64,000 nt of DNA from Brevundimonas sp. (GTDB taxonomy: Bacteria > Pseudomonadota > Alphaproteobacteria > Caulobacterales > Caulobacteraceae), in assembly GCF_030656255.1 (NCBI RefSeq), contig NZ_JAUSOE010000030.1, positions 8,319-72,318 of the forward strand, read 5' to 3'. This document shows, piece after piece, positions 24,390-34,177 of the stretch. The notes below the pieces were generated by a model that saw only the letters and a program-made list of their open reading frames with translations, was not told the DNA's origin and made no database searches. Position 1 is the stretch's first letter; every line of letters begins with the position of its first letter. The translations under genes and the position numbers were made by a program.

Positions 24390-27158
24390 ATGAAGAACCG
24401 AATCCTTGGCACCACGGCATTCGCCATGGTCGCCGTGTCGCCGTTCGCGGCCTTGGCGCAGTCTGCCGATCAAGCCGTCGTCACCGCGCCAAATGCGGCT
24501 GAAGCGACCGAGATCGACGAAATCGTCGTCACCGGCTCGTATCGTCGCAGCCTGGAACAGGCGGTCGAGATCAAGCGCGACAATATCGGCTTCTCGGACT
24601 CCATCGTCGCCACCGACGTCGCCAACTTCCCCGAGCAGAACCTGGCCGAGGCGCTGCAGCGCATCCCCGGCGTGACGATCGAACGCAACAAGGGCCTGGG
24701 CCAGCGCGTGTCCGTGCGCGGCCTGCCCAGCGAGTTCACCTTCGTCAGTATCAACGGCCTGGCGACCGCCTCGGGCAGCGGCGGCCGTGACGTCGAGTTC
24801 GACATCTTCGCCTCGGAAATCATCCAGCAGGTGACGGTCCAGAAGTCGCCGCGCGCAGCGGATGAAGAAGGCGGCATCGCCGGTTCGGTCAACATCTCGA
24901 CGGCGCGTCCGTTCGACTACGCCGGTCGCCGGGTCGTCGGTTCGGTCGAGGGCGCCTACAACTCCATCTCCGAAGAAGTCGATCCCAAGATCGCCTTCCT
25001 GGCCAGCGACACCTGGGGCGATTTCGGCGCGCTGGTGTCCTTCTCGACGGCCCGCCGCACCAACCGCACCGACTCGGAATCGGGCATCAATTTCCGCCCG
25101 ATGTCGCGCTTCCTGGCGACCTCGACGGGCTCCCGCGGTACCCAGGCCGCCGCCGTCTTGCTGCGCGACGCCGGCATCTCGGTGCCGAACCGCGCCGACA
25201 CCAATGTCACCAACCGCATCATCTTCCAGGACAAGGTCGGCGACCGCGCCTATCTGAACACCCAGGACCAGTGGGGCGGCACGGTCGCGCTGCAGTATCG
25301 TCCGTCCTCGAACTTCAGCCTGGCCTTCGACGCCATGATCGGCGGCTACGAGACCACCGAGGACGAGTATGACGCGGCGGCCTATTCCGCCTCCAGCCGC
25401 TCGACCCTGGAGACCATCCACGAGTACGACGCCACCACCCTGGCCGACTACGGCATGGTCGTGCTGCGCGACGTCTCCTACACCGCCACTCAGCACGAGA
25501 TGCTCAGCAAGGAGCGGATCAACAACACCGACTACCAGCAGTTCGGAACCGAGCTGAACTGGAGCGGCGACAGCTGGAAGCTGCACGCCATCGCGGGTTA
25601 TTCGGGCGCCGAGAAGACGCTGGACTATTCCAACCTGAAGCACACGGCCTATGCGCCCTCGCGGACGCGCTGGACGGCCGAAGGCGGCGAGACGATCAAG
25701 AGCGCCAATCCGGCGTCGATCGACATGTACAACTCGCCGTCGAGCTATCTGTTCGAAGGCTATGAGACCACCTACGAAGAGATCAACGACGACAAGTACG
25801 CCGCCCAGGTCGACTTCACCAAATACCTTGATTTCAGCTTCTTCCCGGCGCTGAAGAGCGTCCAGGTCGGCGGGCGTTATACGGACAAGTCCAAAGAGCG
25901 CCAGTATGGCTCGCTGACCATCCAGGGCTCCGGCGCAGGCCTGGTCGATTATCTGGGACGCCCGATGTCGCAGAGCGAACTGACGACGATCGGTGATCTG
26001 GTCCCCGGCGGGTCCTACAGCATCCGCGACCTGACCTGGAGCCAGGTGTCGAACGACTACGCTCGCCGCACCTTCCGCTACGACGGCTTCTACACCCCGT
26101 TCAACGTCGGCGATTATTACGAAGTGACGGAAGAGGTTCTGGCCGCTTACGCTATGGCCGACCTCGAGTTCGACCTGGGGCCGGTGCCGGTCTCGGTCAA
26201 TGGCGGCGCGCGCTATGTCGATACCTCGATCACCTCGTCGGGCTATCACCAGATCCAGAACCCGAACGGCACCACGGGCTATACGCCCGAGCCGGTGTCC
26301 AGCGACGGCAGCTATGACAAGGTCCTGCCCAGCCTGAACATCACGGCCGACCTGACGGACAGCCTGATCTTCCGCGCCGCGGCGTCGGAGACCCTGATCC
26401 GCCCGGCCCTGACCGACCTGGCCTACAAGCGCACGGCCAGCTGGAACTCGTTCCGCTTCACCGACGGCAACCCCAATCTGAAGCCGACCTACGCCAAGCA
26501 ATGGGAAGTGGGCCTGGAACAGTATCTGGGCGACGGCGGCCTGCTGGCGGTCTCCTACTTCTGGAAGGAGATCGAGAGCGTCGTGCGTCAGGCCCTGACC
26601 GGCACGGTGCCGAACGTGACCAAGTACAACGCCAACGGCTCGATCGACGGCGTCTACACCTTCGACGTCTATCAGCCGATCAACGAGCCGGGCTCCTATG
26701 AGGTCAGCGGCGTCGAACTGGTCGCCGTGGTGCCCTTCGGCCAGTTCTACGCTCCGCTGGAAGGCTTCGGGATCAACGCCAACTACACGGTGCTGGACAG
26801 CTCGCTGACGGGCTCCTCCACCCTGGGCATCCCCACGCCGCCCGTCGGTCTGGCCGACAACACCTACAACGTCACCCTGTTCTACGAGAACACCAAGTTC
26901 CAGGCGCGCGCGTCCTATAACTTCAAGGACAAGTATGTCGAATCGATCGGCTACGAAATGTATCCGATCTGGCGCGAGGGATATGGCCAGCTCGATCTGT
27001 CGGCCAGCTACAATGTGACCGAGAACCTCCAGATCAATCTGGAAGGCATCAATGTCACCGACGAGGCGACCAAGGGCTATACGATGGATCCGTCCTTCCC
27101 GACCATGTACGAAAAGTCGGGACGTCGCATCAACTTCGGCCTGCGGATGGAGTTCTGA
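24390..27158 (+). CDS. TonB-dependent outer-membrane receptor (no STN domain)
   Basis: Signal peptide MKNRILGTTAFAMVAVSPFAALAQ, TonB box/plug (EIVVTGSYRRSLE...NLAEALQRIPGVT), a long beta-barrel, and a terminal ...NFGLRMEF. Confidence 0.9.
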   Translation: MKNRILGTTAFAMVAVSPFAALAQSADQAVVTAPNAAEATEIDEIVVTGSYRRSLEQAVEIKRDNIGFSDSIVATDVANFPEQNLAEALQRIPGVTIERNKGLGQRVSVRGLPSEFTFVSINGLATASGSGGRDVEFDIFASEIIQQVTVQKSPRAADEEGGIAGSVNISTARPFDYAGRRVVGSVEGAYNSISEEVDPKIAFLASDTWGDFGALVSFSTARRTNRTDSESGINFRPMSRFLATSTGSRGTQAAAVLLRDAGISVPNRADTNVTNRIIFQDKVGDRAYLNTQDQWGGTVALQYRPSSNFSLAFDAMIGGYETTEDEYDAAAYSASSRSTLETIHEYDATTLADYGMVVLRDVSYTATQHEMLSKERINNTDYQQFGTELNWSGDSWKLHAIAGYSGAEKTLDYSNLKHTAYAPSRTRWTAEGGETIKSANPASIDMYNSPSSYLFEGYETTYEEINDDKYAAQVDFTKYLDFSFFPALKSVQVGGRYTDKSKERQYGSLTIQGSGAGLVDYLGRPMSQSELTTIGDLVPGGSYSIRDLTWSQVSNDYARRTFRYDGFYTPFNVGDYYEVTEEVLAAYAMADLEFDLGPVPVSVNGGARYVDTSITSSGYHQIQNPNGTTGYTPEPVSSDGSYDKVLPSLNITADLTDSLIFRAAASETLIRPALTDLAYKRTASWNSFRFTDGNPNLKPTYAKQWEVGLEQYLGDGGLLAVSYFWKEIESVVRQALTGTVPNVTKYNANGSIDGVYTFDVYQPINEPGSYEVSGVELVAVVPFGQFYAPLEGFGINANYTVLDSSLTGSSTLGIPTPPVGLADNTYNVTLFYENTKFQARASYNFKDKYVESIGYEMYPIWREGYGQLDLSASYNVTENLQINLEGINVTDEATKGYTMDPSFPTMYEKSGRRINFGLRMEF

Positions 27159-27190
27159 TCCATTTCCCGAACGCCAAAACATGGTGAGGG

Positions 27191-27247
27191 CTGCGGACGG
27201 TCGATGTCGTCCGCAGACTTCCAGCCGGCCGCTCATGCGGCCGGCTG
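27191..27247 (+). terminator. Two tandem perfect hairpins after the TonB-dependent receptor
   Basis: CTGCGGACG-N8-CGTCCGCAG (27191-27216) and CAGCCGGCCGC-tcat-GCGGCCGGCTG (27222-27247). Neither has a strong T-run. Confidence 0.45.
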
Positions 27248-27388
27248 AGGCGCTGGTTCGCTTTGGCCGAGTGACCATGGCTACAGTTCAGACCATCACT
27301 TCTGATCCCCCAGAGGCTGGCCTGGCGCGACGTCCCCTCCGCAAGAGGGGGCGTCTTTGCGCGTTGGGCGGGCGGGGAGGCGACGACC

Positions 27389-27892
27389 ATGTCGGTTGAG
27401 CGTCTTGTCGTCGAATTGCGCCGTGACCTGATCGGCTATCTGCAACGCAAGGGGCAGTCGATCGATGACGCCGAGGACGTGGTGCAGGAGGCCTTTGTTC
27501 GGTTTCATCGCGCCGGCCACGATCTGTCGGGCGCGGACGCCCGGCCTCTGTTGTTCGTGATCGCCCGCAACCTGCAGACAGACCGCTGGAAATCGGCCGG
27601 CCGCAAGGGCGTGCGCGGAACCGACGACATCCACGCCCTGGACGCCGGGCCGCGCGCCGTGGCCAGCGACGCCCCCGCCGCAGACCAGCATTTGATCGGG
27701 CGCGAAAACCTGGCCGCCGCCGCCCGGATCATTCGCGCCCTGCCGCCGCGAACGCGCGACGCCTTCCTGCTCAACCGGTTCGAAGGGCAGACCTATAGCC
27801 AGATCGCCAAGCGGCTGGGGGTCTCGGTCAGCATGGTCGAGAAACACATCGCCGAAGCCCTCCGTCAGCTGAAGATTTCCAGGGAGGGTTGA
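27389..27892 (+). CDS. ECF sigma-70 family factor (FecI-like)
   Basis: Region 2 (DAEDVVQEAFVRFHR) and region 4 (LPPRTRDAFLLNRFEGQTYSQIAKRLGVSVSMVEKHIAEAL). It is followed by a FecR gene and an STN transducer. Confidence 0.9.
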   Translation: MSVERLVVELRRDLIGYLQRKGQSIDDAEDVVQEAFVRFHRAGHDLSGADARPLLFVIARNLQTDRWKSAGRKGVRGTDDIHALDAGPRAVASDAPAADQHLIGRENLAAAARIIRALPPRTRDAFLLNRFEGQTYSQIAKRLGVSVSMVEKHIAEALRQLKISREG

Positions 27893-27976
27893 GGTGTCGT
27901 ACCCCTATGTCGTTGTGATTATTGAAGGCGTCGGCGTCCTATCCCCCTGCCGCGTCCCGGAGCGTTTTGTTCGCGC

Positions 27977-28975
27977 ATGATTCAGCGCCTGACATCCCTG
28001 TTTGATCGTCGGCCGCGAACCGCCGAAGAGTGGCTGGCGCGCATGCGTCGGCCGACTGTCCACGCGCGCGATCAGGCGGCCTTCCTCGACTGGTTGGAGC
28101 AAGACGACAACCTGCAAGCCTACGAAAACGCGAAGGCGCGTCTGGCCGGCCTCGCGCCTCTGGCCGGGGCCTTCGAAGGCGATCTGGCTCGACTGCGCGC
28201 GCGCAAGCCTGCGACCGTCGGCAGACGTATTCTGATCGGCGGCCTGGCGACGTCGGCCGTCGCCGCCATCGTCGCCCTGATGATCCTGCCGGGTCAGGGG
28301 CGCCAGATCGCCGATGAGCGCGTGGTGCTTTACGCCAGCGCGCCCGGTGAAATCACGGATCTTGCTTTGGAGGACGGCTCTCGCGTCACCCTGGACGCCG
28401 ATACGCAGATCCAGGTGCGGTTCGAGCAGGACGCCCGGCGTGTCGTCCTGTTGCGAGGCGCAGCCTATTTCGATGTGGCGCACAATCCAGCACGCCCGTT
28501 CCAGGTCGCTGTCGCGGACCGGAATGTGATCGTCACCGGTACGCGGTTCGTCACGACCTTGCGCCAGAACCGGGCGGAGGTCTCCTTGCTGGAAGGGCGT
28601 GTCGCCATCGGCCGCCATGACGTGGGCAAGAGGCGCGCGCTTGATCGCGCGGTGATGCTGGCGCCGGGCCAGAAGGCCGTCTTCGCCCCCGGTCTGGACC
28701 GCGTCCAGCTGAGCCGCCCGGACGTCGAATCCGCCACGGCCTGGCGTGAACGCCGACTGATCTTCCATGACGCCCCGCTGTCGGACGTGATCGCCGAGGC
28801 TGCGCGGTATGCCGACAAGCCGATGGTCATTGTCGATCCCGCCCTGGCGAAGATGAAGGTGACGGTGGTGCTGCCCTTGACCGGACAGGTCGGGCTGATC
28901 GACCGCATGGACGATCTGTTGCCGATTTCCATCGAACGGACCTCGGACGGCCGCGCCCTGATACGTGGCGATTAG
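27977..28975 (+). CDS. FecR family anti-sigma / sensor protein
   Basis: N-terminal anti-sigma segment, a single TM helix (ILIGGLATSAVAAIVALMIL), and the FecR domain ...DGSRVTLDADTQI...LLRGAAYFDVAHNPARPFQV...VTGTRF. Confidence 0.85.
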   Translation: MIQRLTSLFDRRPRTAEEWLARMRRPTVHARDQAAFLDWLEQDDNLQAYENAKARLAGLAPLAGAFEGDLARLRARKPATVGRRILIGGLATSAVAAIVALMILPGQGRQIADERVVLYASAPGEITDLALEDGSRVTLDADTQIQVRFEQDARRVVLLRGAAYFDVAHNPARPFQVAVADRNVIVTGTRFVTTLRQNRAEVSLLEGRVAIGRHDVGKRRALDRAVMLAPGQKAVFAPGLDRVQLSRPDVESATAWRERRLIFHDAPLSDVIAEAARYADKPMVIVDPALAKMKVTVVLPLTGQVGLIDRMDDLLPISIERTSDGRALIRGD

Positions 28976-29034
28976 TTTACGTGACACTGGGTCACGTGCG
29001 GGCGGGTCCATCGCAGAGCTGTCACGCGGTCGCG

Positions 29035-29059
29035 CTAAGGATCGACGCTGATCTTCGTC
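29035..29059 (+). promoter_or_regulatory. Candidate ECF-dependent promoter of the transducer gene
   Basis: CTAAGG...CGTC with about 15-16 nt spacing resembles iron-starvation-type ECF promoters (TAAAT-N16-CGTC). It ends 25 nt before the TTG start at 29084. This is a weak call. Confidence 0.25.
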
Positions 29060-29083
29060 CCATTGTCTTAAGGCCTGCTCCGC

Positions 29084-32059
29084 TTGAAGCCGTTCGCACC
29101 ATCGACGCCGCTCGGTGCGCGACGTGTCGTTGTCGCGGGGGCGGTGGTGTCTGTGCTGGTCGGCGGCGGATGGGCCGGGACCGCCCATGCGCAGGACGGG
29201 ACACGGACCTTCGACATTCCGGCCCAGGACGCCCGGCGCGCCCTGGTGGACCTGTGTGTGGCGGCGGGGTGTGAACTGGCCTTTGTCGCCCCACCAGGCG
29301 AGACGCGGCGCAGCCGTGCCGTTCGGGGGCGAATGACCTGGCGTGCGGCGGTCGGTCGGATGCTGGACGGCGCCGGCCTTCAGTACCGCTTCATCGGCGA
29401 CCGTGGTGTTCGGGTCTGGGCGGCGGCTTCCGCGCCGGACCGCGCGCAGCCCATAGCGCCGACCGAGCTGGAAGAGGTGACGGTGATCGGCCGGCTGTCG
29501 GAACAGATCGAAGAGTCCCTGCGCCGCAAGCGCAACGCCGACGTCATCTCCGACAGCGCCTCTTCGACCCGGATCGGCGAACTGCCGGCCGCCAATCTGG
29601 CCGAGGCCCTTCAGCGCGTCCCCGGCGTCGCCATCGAGCGCGAGGTTGGGGAGGGGCAGTTCGTCAGCGTCCGAGGCCTGGGGCCCCTGTTCCAGTCAGT
29701 GACCCTGAACGGCGCGCCGGTTGCCTTCAACGAGAACATCCGCAACTCGACCCAAAGCGGCCGCCAGTTCCGCTTTCGCGCCCTGTCGGCGGACCTGCTG
29801 GCCGGCGCGCAACTGACCAAGTCCGCGACGCCGGATCTGATCGAAGGCGGCATCGGCTCCAACATCAATATCGAGACGGTCGGCGGGCTGGACGGCGATC
29901 CGTTCCTGAGCCTGCGGGTCGGCGGAGCGGGCGAGGCGCGGCTGCAGGATCCCCGTCTCGACCTGTCCGTCGCCGGGCGGGTCGTGTCGGATGACGGCGA
30001 CTGGGGGTTGGTCGGCGGTCTGTCGCAGGAGGGGCGTTCGGTTCTCTACGACCGGTTTCAGATTCAGCGCTATCTGCCGGTGACCATCGACGGCGAACAG
30101 GTCGTGGCGCCCAGCGATGTTCGCACGACCGTCGAACAGGAGGACCGTCTGCGCCGAAGCCTGTTCCTGGGGGGAGAATGGCGGGCGACGCCGTCCGTCC
30201 ATCTGCGGTTCGACAGCCTGGTTTCGACTTTCGACAACGCCATCCGCGAAGACCGGATCGTCTATGGGCTCGGCAAGTTGCTGGAAGCGGCCGACGCCCA
30301 AGCGACGATCACGGACGGGGTGGTTTCGGCCGGCGCAGTCCAGTCGGGCACGATCGACAACAACACCGAGTTTTCCGACCAGGCGCATCTGAATGTCGTG
30401 GTCTCGGGAACGGCCAGGGTCATGGTGGGGGCATGGAGGTTTCAGCCGCGCGTCAGCCTGTCGCGCGCGCGATCCAAACTGGATACGCCGCTCGAACGCC
30501 TGTCCTTCAGCGCGCGTGTTTCGCCGTCCTACAGCTTTGACGTGGGCGACGCCGCTTCCGTGCGAAAGGCGGCCCTGCTGCAGACCGACTTCGATCTCGG
30601 CGACCCCTCCGCGTTGAAATGGCAAAAGCTGGGCGTGCGCGCCATTGAATCCGTTGATGACGACGCGACGGCCCTGATCGACATCGGCCGGACCGCAGAT
30701 GTCCGGATCGGCGGACTGAGCCTGTTCGACTTCCGTTTCGGCGGCCAGGTCAGCGACCGGTCCCGCGACTATCAGCGCCGGGACCGCGAAGCCGCCCTGC
30801 GGCCGGGGGCAGTGTTGACCCCGGATTTCTTCAGGTCGCGAGTTCAGGACGACGTCTTCGACGCCTTGATCGGCCGGCATCCGGGCGACTGGGTCGTCGC
30901 CGACTTCGCCTCCTTACAGACCGCCTTCATCCTTCCGGGCGAAAGCGACAGCATCGTGGTCTCGCCGGGCGACCTGAAGCCCACCGGGGCCGACCTGCAG
31001 AACTCCTACCGGGTGGGGGAGCGGGTCGGGGCTGTCTATGGACGGATCGATTTTGAAGGGGATGCGGGGGCGGCGTCCTTCTTCGGCAATCTGGGCCTTC
31101 GCCTGGTGGCGACCCGGACGGCTGTGGACGGTGCGCTGCTGACGACGGACGACAAGGGCGTGGCGGCGATACGGGACGTGTCCCACATCGGGTCGGACAT
31201 CCGTCTGCTTCCCAGCCTGAACATCGCCTTCGACCTTGATCAGGGGCGCCGGCTGCGGCTGGCGGCGTCGCGCACCATGACCCGGCCGTCCCTGGCCGAT
31301 CTGCGCCTGGCGACGGCGCCCTCCAGCTCCCTGGTCTCGTCCATCTACGAGCGCGGACAGGCCGAAATCGACGATCCTTCGCCGGGGTCGCTGTTCGTCG
31401 GGGTTGGCGGCAACCCGGACCTCAGCCCCTATATGTCGACCAATCTCGACGTCTCCTATGAGTGGACCTTCCCGCGAGGCGCGCTCAGCGTCGCGGCCTT
31501 CCACAAGACGATCGACGACTTCATCGGGCTGGTGGCCGCGCCGGAGATGCTGGTGTTCGAAACCCAGGCCGGTCCCCTGGTGCGCGCCGAGGTGCTGATG
31601 TCGCGGCCGGCCAATCTGGGCCGGGCGATCAGCCAGGGGCTGGAGATCGGCCTGCACCGTCGGCTTCCGTCCGGCTTCGGTCTCTGGGCCAGCGGGACCT
31701 GGACGGACGGCCATGGGCCGGGCGGGCGCAGCCTGGCGGGGGTGTCGCGCCTGGCCTATTCGATCAACCCCTTCTTCGAGCGCGGCCCGATCACGGTCGG
31801 CCTCTCCTGGTCCTGGCGGTCCGCCTTCCGATCCGAGGCGGACATGCAGGGGGGAGGGGTGTCGGACTTCACTGTGGCCGACGCCGGCTATCTGGACGCC
31901 CAGGCCTCGTTCGATATCGGATCGGGCGGGGAACTGGTGATCGCGGCCTCGAACCTGACCGACACGACCGACCTGGCCTATGAGCACGACACGCGACGCC
32001 TGCTGCAACTCGGCCGCGTCGGTCCCAGCGTAACCGCCAGCCTGCGCTGGTCGCTGTAG
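29084..32059 (+). CDS. TonB-dependent transducer (STN signalling domain, plug and barrel)
   Basis: Signal peptide ...GGGWAGTAHAQ. STN domain FDIPAQDARRALVDLCVAAGCELAF...GRMTWRAAVGRMLDGAGLQYRF. Plug ...NLAEALQRVPGVAIERE. C-terminal ...TASLRWSL. Apparent TTG start. Confidence 0.88.
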   Translation: MKPFAPSTPLGARRVVVAGAVVSVLVGGGWAGTAHAQDGTRTFDIPAQDARRALVDLCVAAGCELAFVAPPGETRRSRAVRGRMTWRAAVGRMLDGAGLQYRFIGDRGVRVWAAASAPDRAQPIAPTELEEVTVIGRLSEQIEESLRRKRNADVISDSASSTRIGELPAANLAEALQRVPGVAIEREVGEGQFVSVRGLGPLFQSVTLNGAPVAFNENIRNSTQSGRQFRFRALSADLLAGAQLTKSATPDLIEGGIGSNINIETVGGLDGDPFLSLRVGGAGEARLQDPRLDLSVAGRVVSDDGDWGLVGGLSQEGRSVLYDRFQIQRYLPVTIDGEQVVAPSDVRTTVEQEDRLRRSLFLGGEWRATPSVHLRFDSLVSTFDNAIREDRIVYGLGKLLEAADAQATITDGVVSAGAVQSGTIDNNTEFSDQAHLNVVVSGTARVMVGAWRFQPRVSLSRARSKLDTPLERLSFSARVSPSYSFDVGDAASVRKAALLQTDFDLGDPSALKWQKLGVRAIESVDDDATALIDIGRTADVRIGGLSLFDFRFGGQVSDRSRDYQRRDREAALRPGAVLTPDFFRSRVQDDVFDALIGRHPGDWVVADFASLQTAFILPGESDSIVVSPGDLKPTGADLQNSYRVGERVGAVYGRIDFEGDAGAASFFGNLGLRLVATRTAVDGALLTTDDKGVAAIRDVSHIGSDIRLLPSLNIAFDLDQGRRLRLAASRTMTRPSLADLRLATAPSSSLVSSIYERGQAEIDDPSPGSLFVGVGGNPDLSPYMSTNLDVSYEWTFPRGALSVAAFHKTIDDFIGLVAAPEMLVFETQAGPLVRAEVLMSRPANLGRAISQGLEIGLHRRLPSGFGLWASGTWTDGHGPGGRSLAGVSRLAYSINPFFERGPITVGLSWSWRSAFRSEADMQGGGVSDFTVADAGYLDAQASFDIGSGGELVIAASNLTDTTDLAYEHDTRRLLQLGRVGPSVTASLRWSL

Positions 32060-32111
32060 CCTCCACACCGCGGGTCCACGCCCTTCCTATTCCCAACCCA
32101 AGGAGTTCCCC

Positions 32112-33938
32112 ATGTTCACCCTGATGGCCGCCCTGTTGGCCGGATCTGCGCTCGGCGCCGTCCAGCCGACCTGTGATCTGAGCGCGTCGGACGTTCGGGC
32201 GGCGGGCGGCGACGCCTGCGCTGTGGCCTGGATGGACCGCCGCCTGGGCATGAACGACCTGACAGCCGTGGGCACCCACAACAGCTACAAGCTGCCGATC
32301 CCGGACGCCGAGCTCCAGGCCATGATCGCCGTCAATCCCGCCGCGGTCGCGCTCGACTATTCGCACCGGCCCCTGGCTGAACAGCTGGACGCGGGCGCGC
32401 GCCAGATCGAGATCGACGTGCTGAACGACCCGCAGGGCGGGCGCTACGCCCATCCCCTGTCCGCTCTGGGCCGGCCGGGGCAGGGGGCGCCGGTCAGCGC
32501 GGCCTTCGCCGAGACCATGGCCCGGCCCGGCTTCAAGACCCTGCATATGCCGGACGTCGATTTCCGCAGCACCTGCCTGACCTTCGTGGCCTGTCTGACA
32601 GAAATCCGCGACTGGTCGCGCGCCCATCCGGACCACGCCCCGATCCTGATCATGCTGAACGCCAAGACGGGCGGCGCCTCCATGCCGGGCGGGACGACCC
32701 CGCTGGACTTCGACGCGGCCGCCTGGGACGCCCTGGACGCCGAGGTGCGGTCGGTGTTCGACGCGGATCGACTGATCACCCCCGACCAGGTCCAGGGACG
32801 CCACGCCACCTTGCGCGAAGGGGTTCTGGCCGGCGGCTGGCCGAAACTGGGCGCGGCGCGGGGCAAGGTCTTCTTCGCCCTGGACGAAGGGCCTGAAAAG
32901 GTCGCCGCCTATCGCGGGGCGCGGCGGTCGTTGGAAGGGCGGGTCTTCTTCGTCAATACCGACGAGGCGTCGCCCGCCGCCGCCTATCTGACGTTGAACG
33001 ATCCCGTGGCCGAGCAGGCGCGGATCCAGGCCGCCGTCCGCGCCGGATTCATCGTCCGCACCCGCGCCGATGCGGACACGGCCGAGGCCCGTACCGGCGA
33101 CGTCACGCGCCGCAGCGCCGCCTTCGCCAGTGGGGCGCAATATGTGTCGACCGACTATCTGTGGACCGATCCGCGTTTTCCCGGCTATGAGGTCCGCCTG
33201 ACCGGGGCGGACGCTGCCGCCTGCAACCGGGTGCGGACCGAGACGCGTTGCGACGGTCTGGCCATCGAACCGACCGCCGCCGCCGTCCCGCGCGGCTATC
33301 TGGCCCAGGCGGACCGGCCCGATCTGACCACCGTCCTGGCGCCCCCGCCCGAGCCGGGTTCGCCGCGCGACATCGCCAATCGGGGCGTCTTCCTGCAGAC
33401 CCGCAGCCTGGAGGGCACGCCGCGCTGGGTGCTGGCCACACACGACGTCACCGGCGACGTCTATGATCATTTCGCCGAGGCTCTGGGCGTGCGCCTGACG
33501 CCCGAGACGGCGCCGGTTTTGACCGCGCTGCTGGACCGGGCGGGCAATGACCGTTCGGTGGTCGGCGACGCCAAGACGCACTGGGCCACCAAACGTCCCT
33601 ATATCGGCACGGACCAGCCGATCTGCGAAGCCAAGAGCGACCATCTGGCCGGCAACCCCGACTATCCGTCCGGTCACTCGGCCCACGGGTCCCATGTGGC
33701 GATGATCCTGGCCGAACTGGCGCCCCAGCGCGCCGACGCTCTCTATGCGCGCGGCCGCGAGTTCGCCGAGAGCCGCTACATCTGCGGTTCCCATAGCTAC
33801 AGCGCCGCCGAGGCCGGCATCCTGTCGGGCATGGTTCTGTATGGCGCCGAACAACGCTCCGACGTCTTCCGCCGCGACATGGAAGCCGCCCGCGCCGAGG
33901 TCCAGGCGGCGCTGGCCCGCGCCGGTCTGGCGCAATAG
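32112..33938 (+). CDS. Secreted fusion protein: Ca-dependent PI-PLC-like domain plus class A acid phosphatase (PAP2) domain
   Basis: The N-terminal ~400 aa contain TAVGTHNSYKLPI...ALDYSHRPLAEQLDAGARQIEIDVLNDPQGGRY...APILIMLNAK (PI-PLC-C1-like). The C-terminal ~190 aa contain KTHWATKRP...PSGH...SRYICGSH (PAP2 motifs). AAGGAG RBS and a signal peptide are present. Confidence 0.7.
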   Translation: MFTLMAALLAGSALGAVQPTCDLSASDVRAAGGDACAVAWMDRRLGMNDLTAVGTHNSYKLPIPDAELQAMIAVNPAAVALDYSHRPLAEQLDAGARQIEIDVLNDPQGGRYAHPLSALGRPGQGAPVSAAFAETMARPGFKTLHMPDVDFRSTCLTFVACLTEIRDWSRAHPDHAPILIMLNAKTGGASMPGGTTPLDFDAAAWDALDAEVRSVFDADRLITPDQVQGRHATLREGVLAGGWPKLGAARGKVFFALDEGPEKVAAYRGARRSLEGRVFFVNTDEASPAAAYLTLNDPVAEQARIQAAVRAGFIVRTRADADTAEARTGDVTRRSAAFASGAQYVSTDYLWTDPRFPGYEVRLTGADAAACNRVRTETRCDGLAIEPTAAAVPRGYLAQADRPDLTTVLAPPPEPGSPRDIANRGVFLQTRSLEGTPRWVLATHDVTGDVYDHFAEALGVRLTPETAPVLTALLDRAGNDRSVVGDAKTHWATKRPYIGTDQPICEAKSDHLAGNPDYPSGHSAHGSHVAMILAELAPQRADALYARGREFAESRYICGSHSYSAAEAGILSGMVLYGAEQRSDVFRRDMEAARAEVQAALARAGLAQ

Positions 33939-34087
33939 GAGGGCGGGGCTCCGCTGGTACGCCGGCGGAGCCCAGCGCCGTTATGATCACGTGACGCCTT
34001 CGAGGCGGCGTACCGCCCGGCGTGCGGCATGGGTGGATCTAGGTGGGGCTTTTTATCCGGCCCGAGCTTTTGAGGGCGCAAGGATGA

Positions 34088-34177
<90 letters not shown>

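Noticed and set aside
29084-29086. Concern that the transducer gene lacks an ATG start.
   Set aside because: The TTG at 29084 gives a good signal peptide (MKPFAPSTPLGARRVVVAGAVVSVLVGGGWAGTAHA). In-frame downstream alternatives would truncate its positively charged n-region. The TTG start is kept, with the uncertainty noted.
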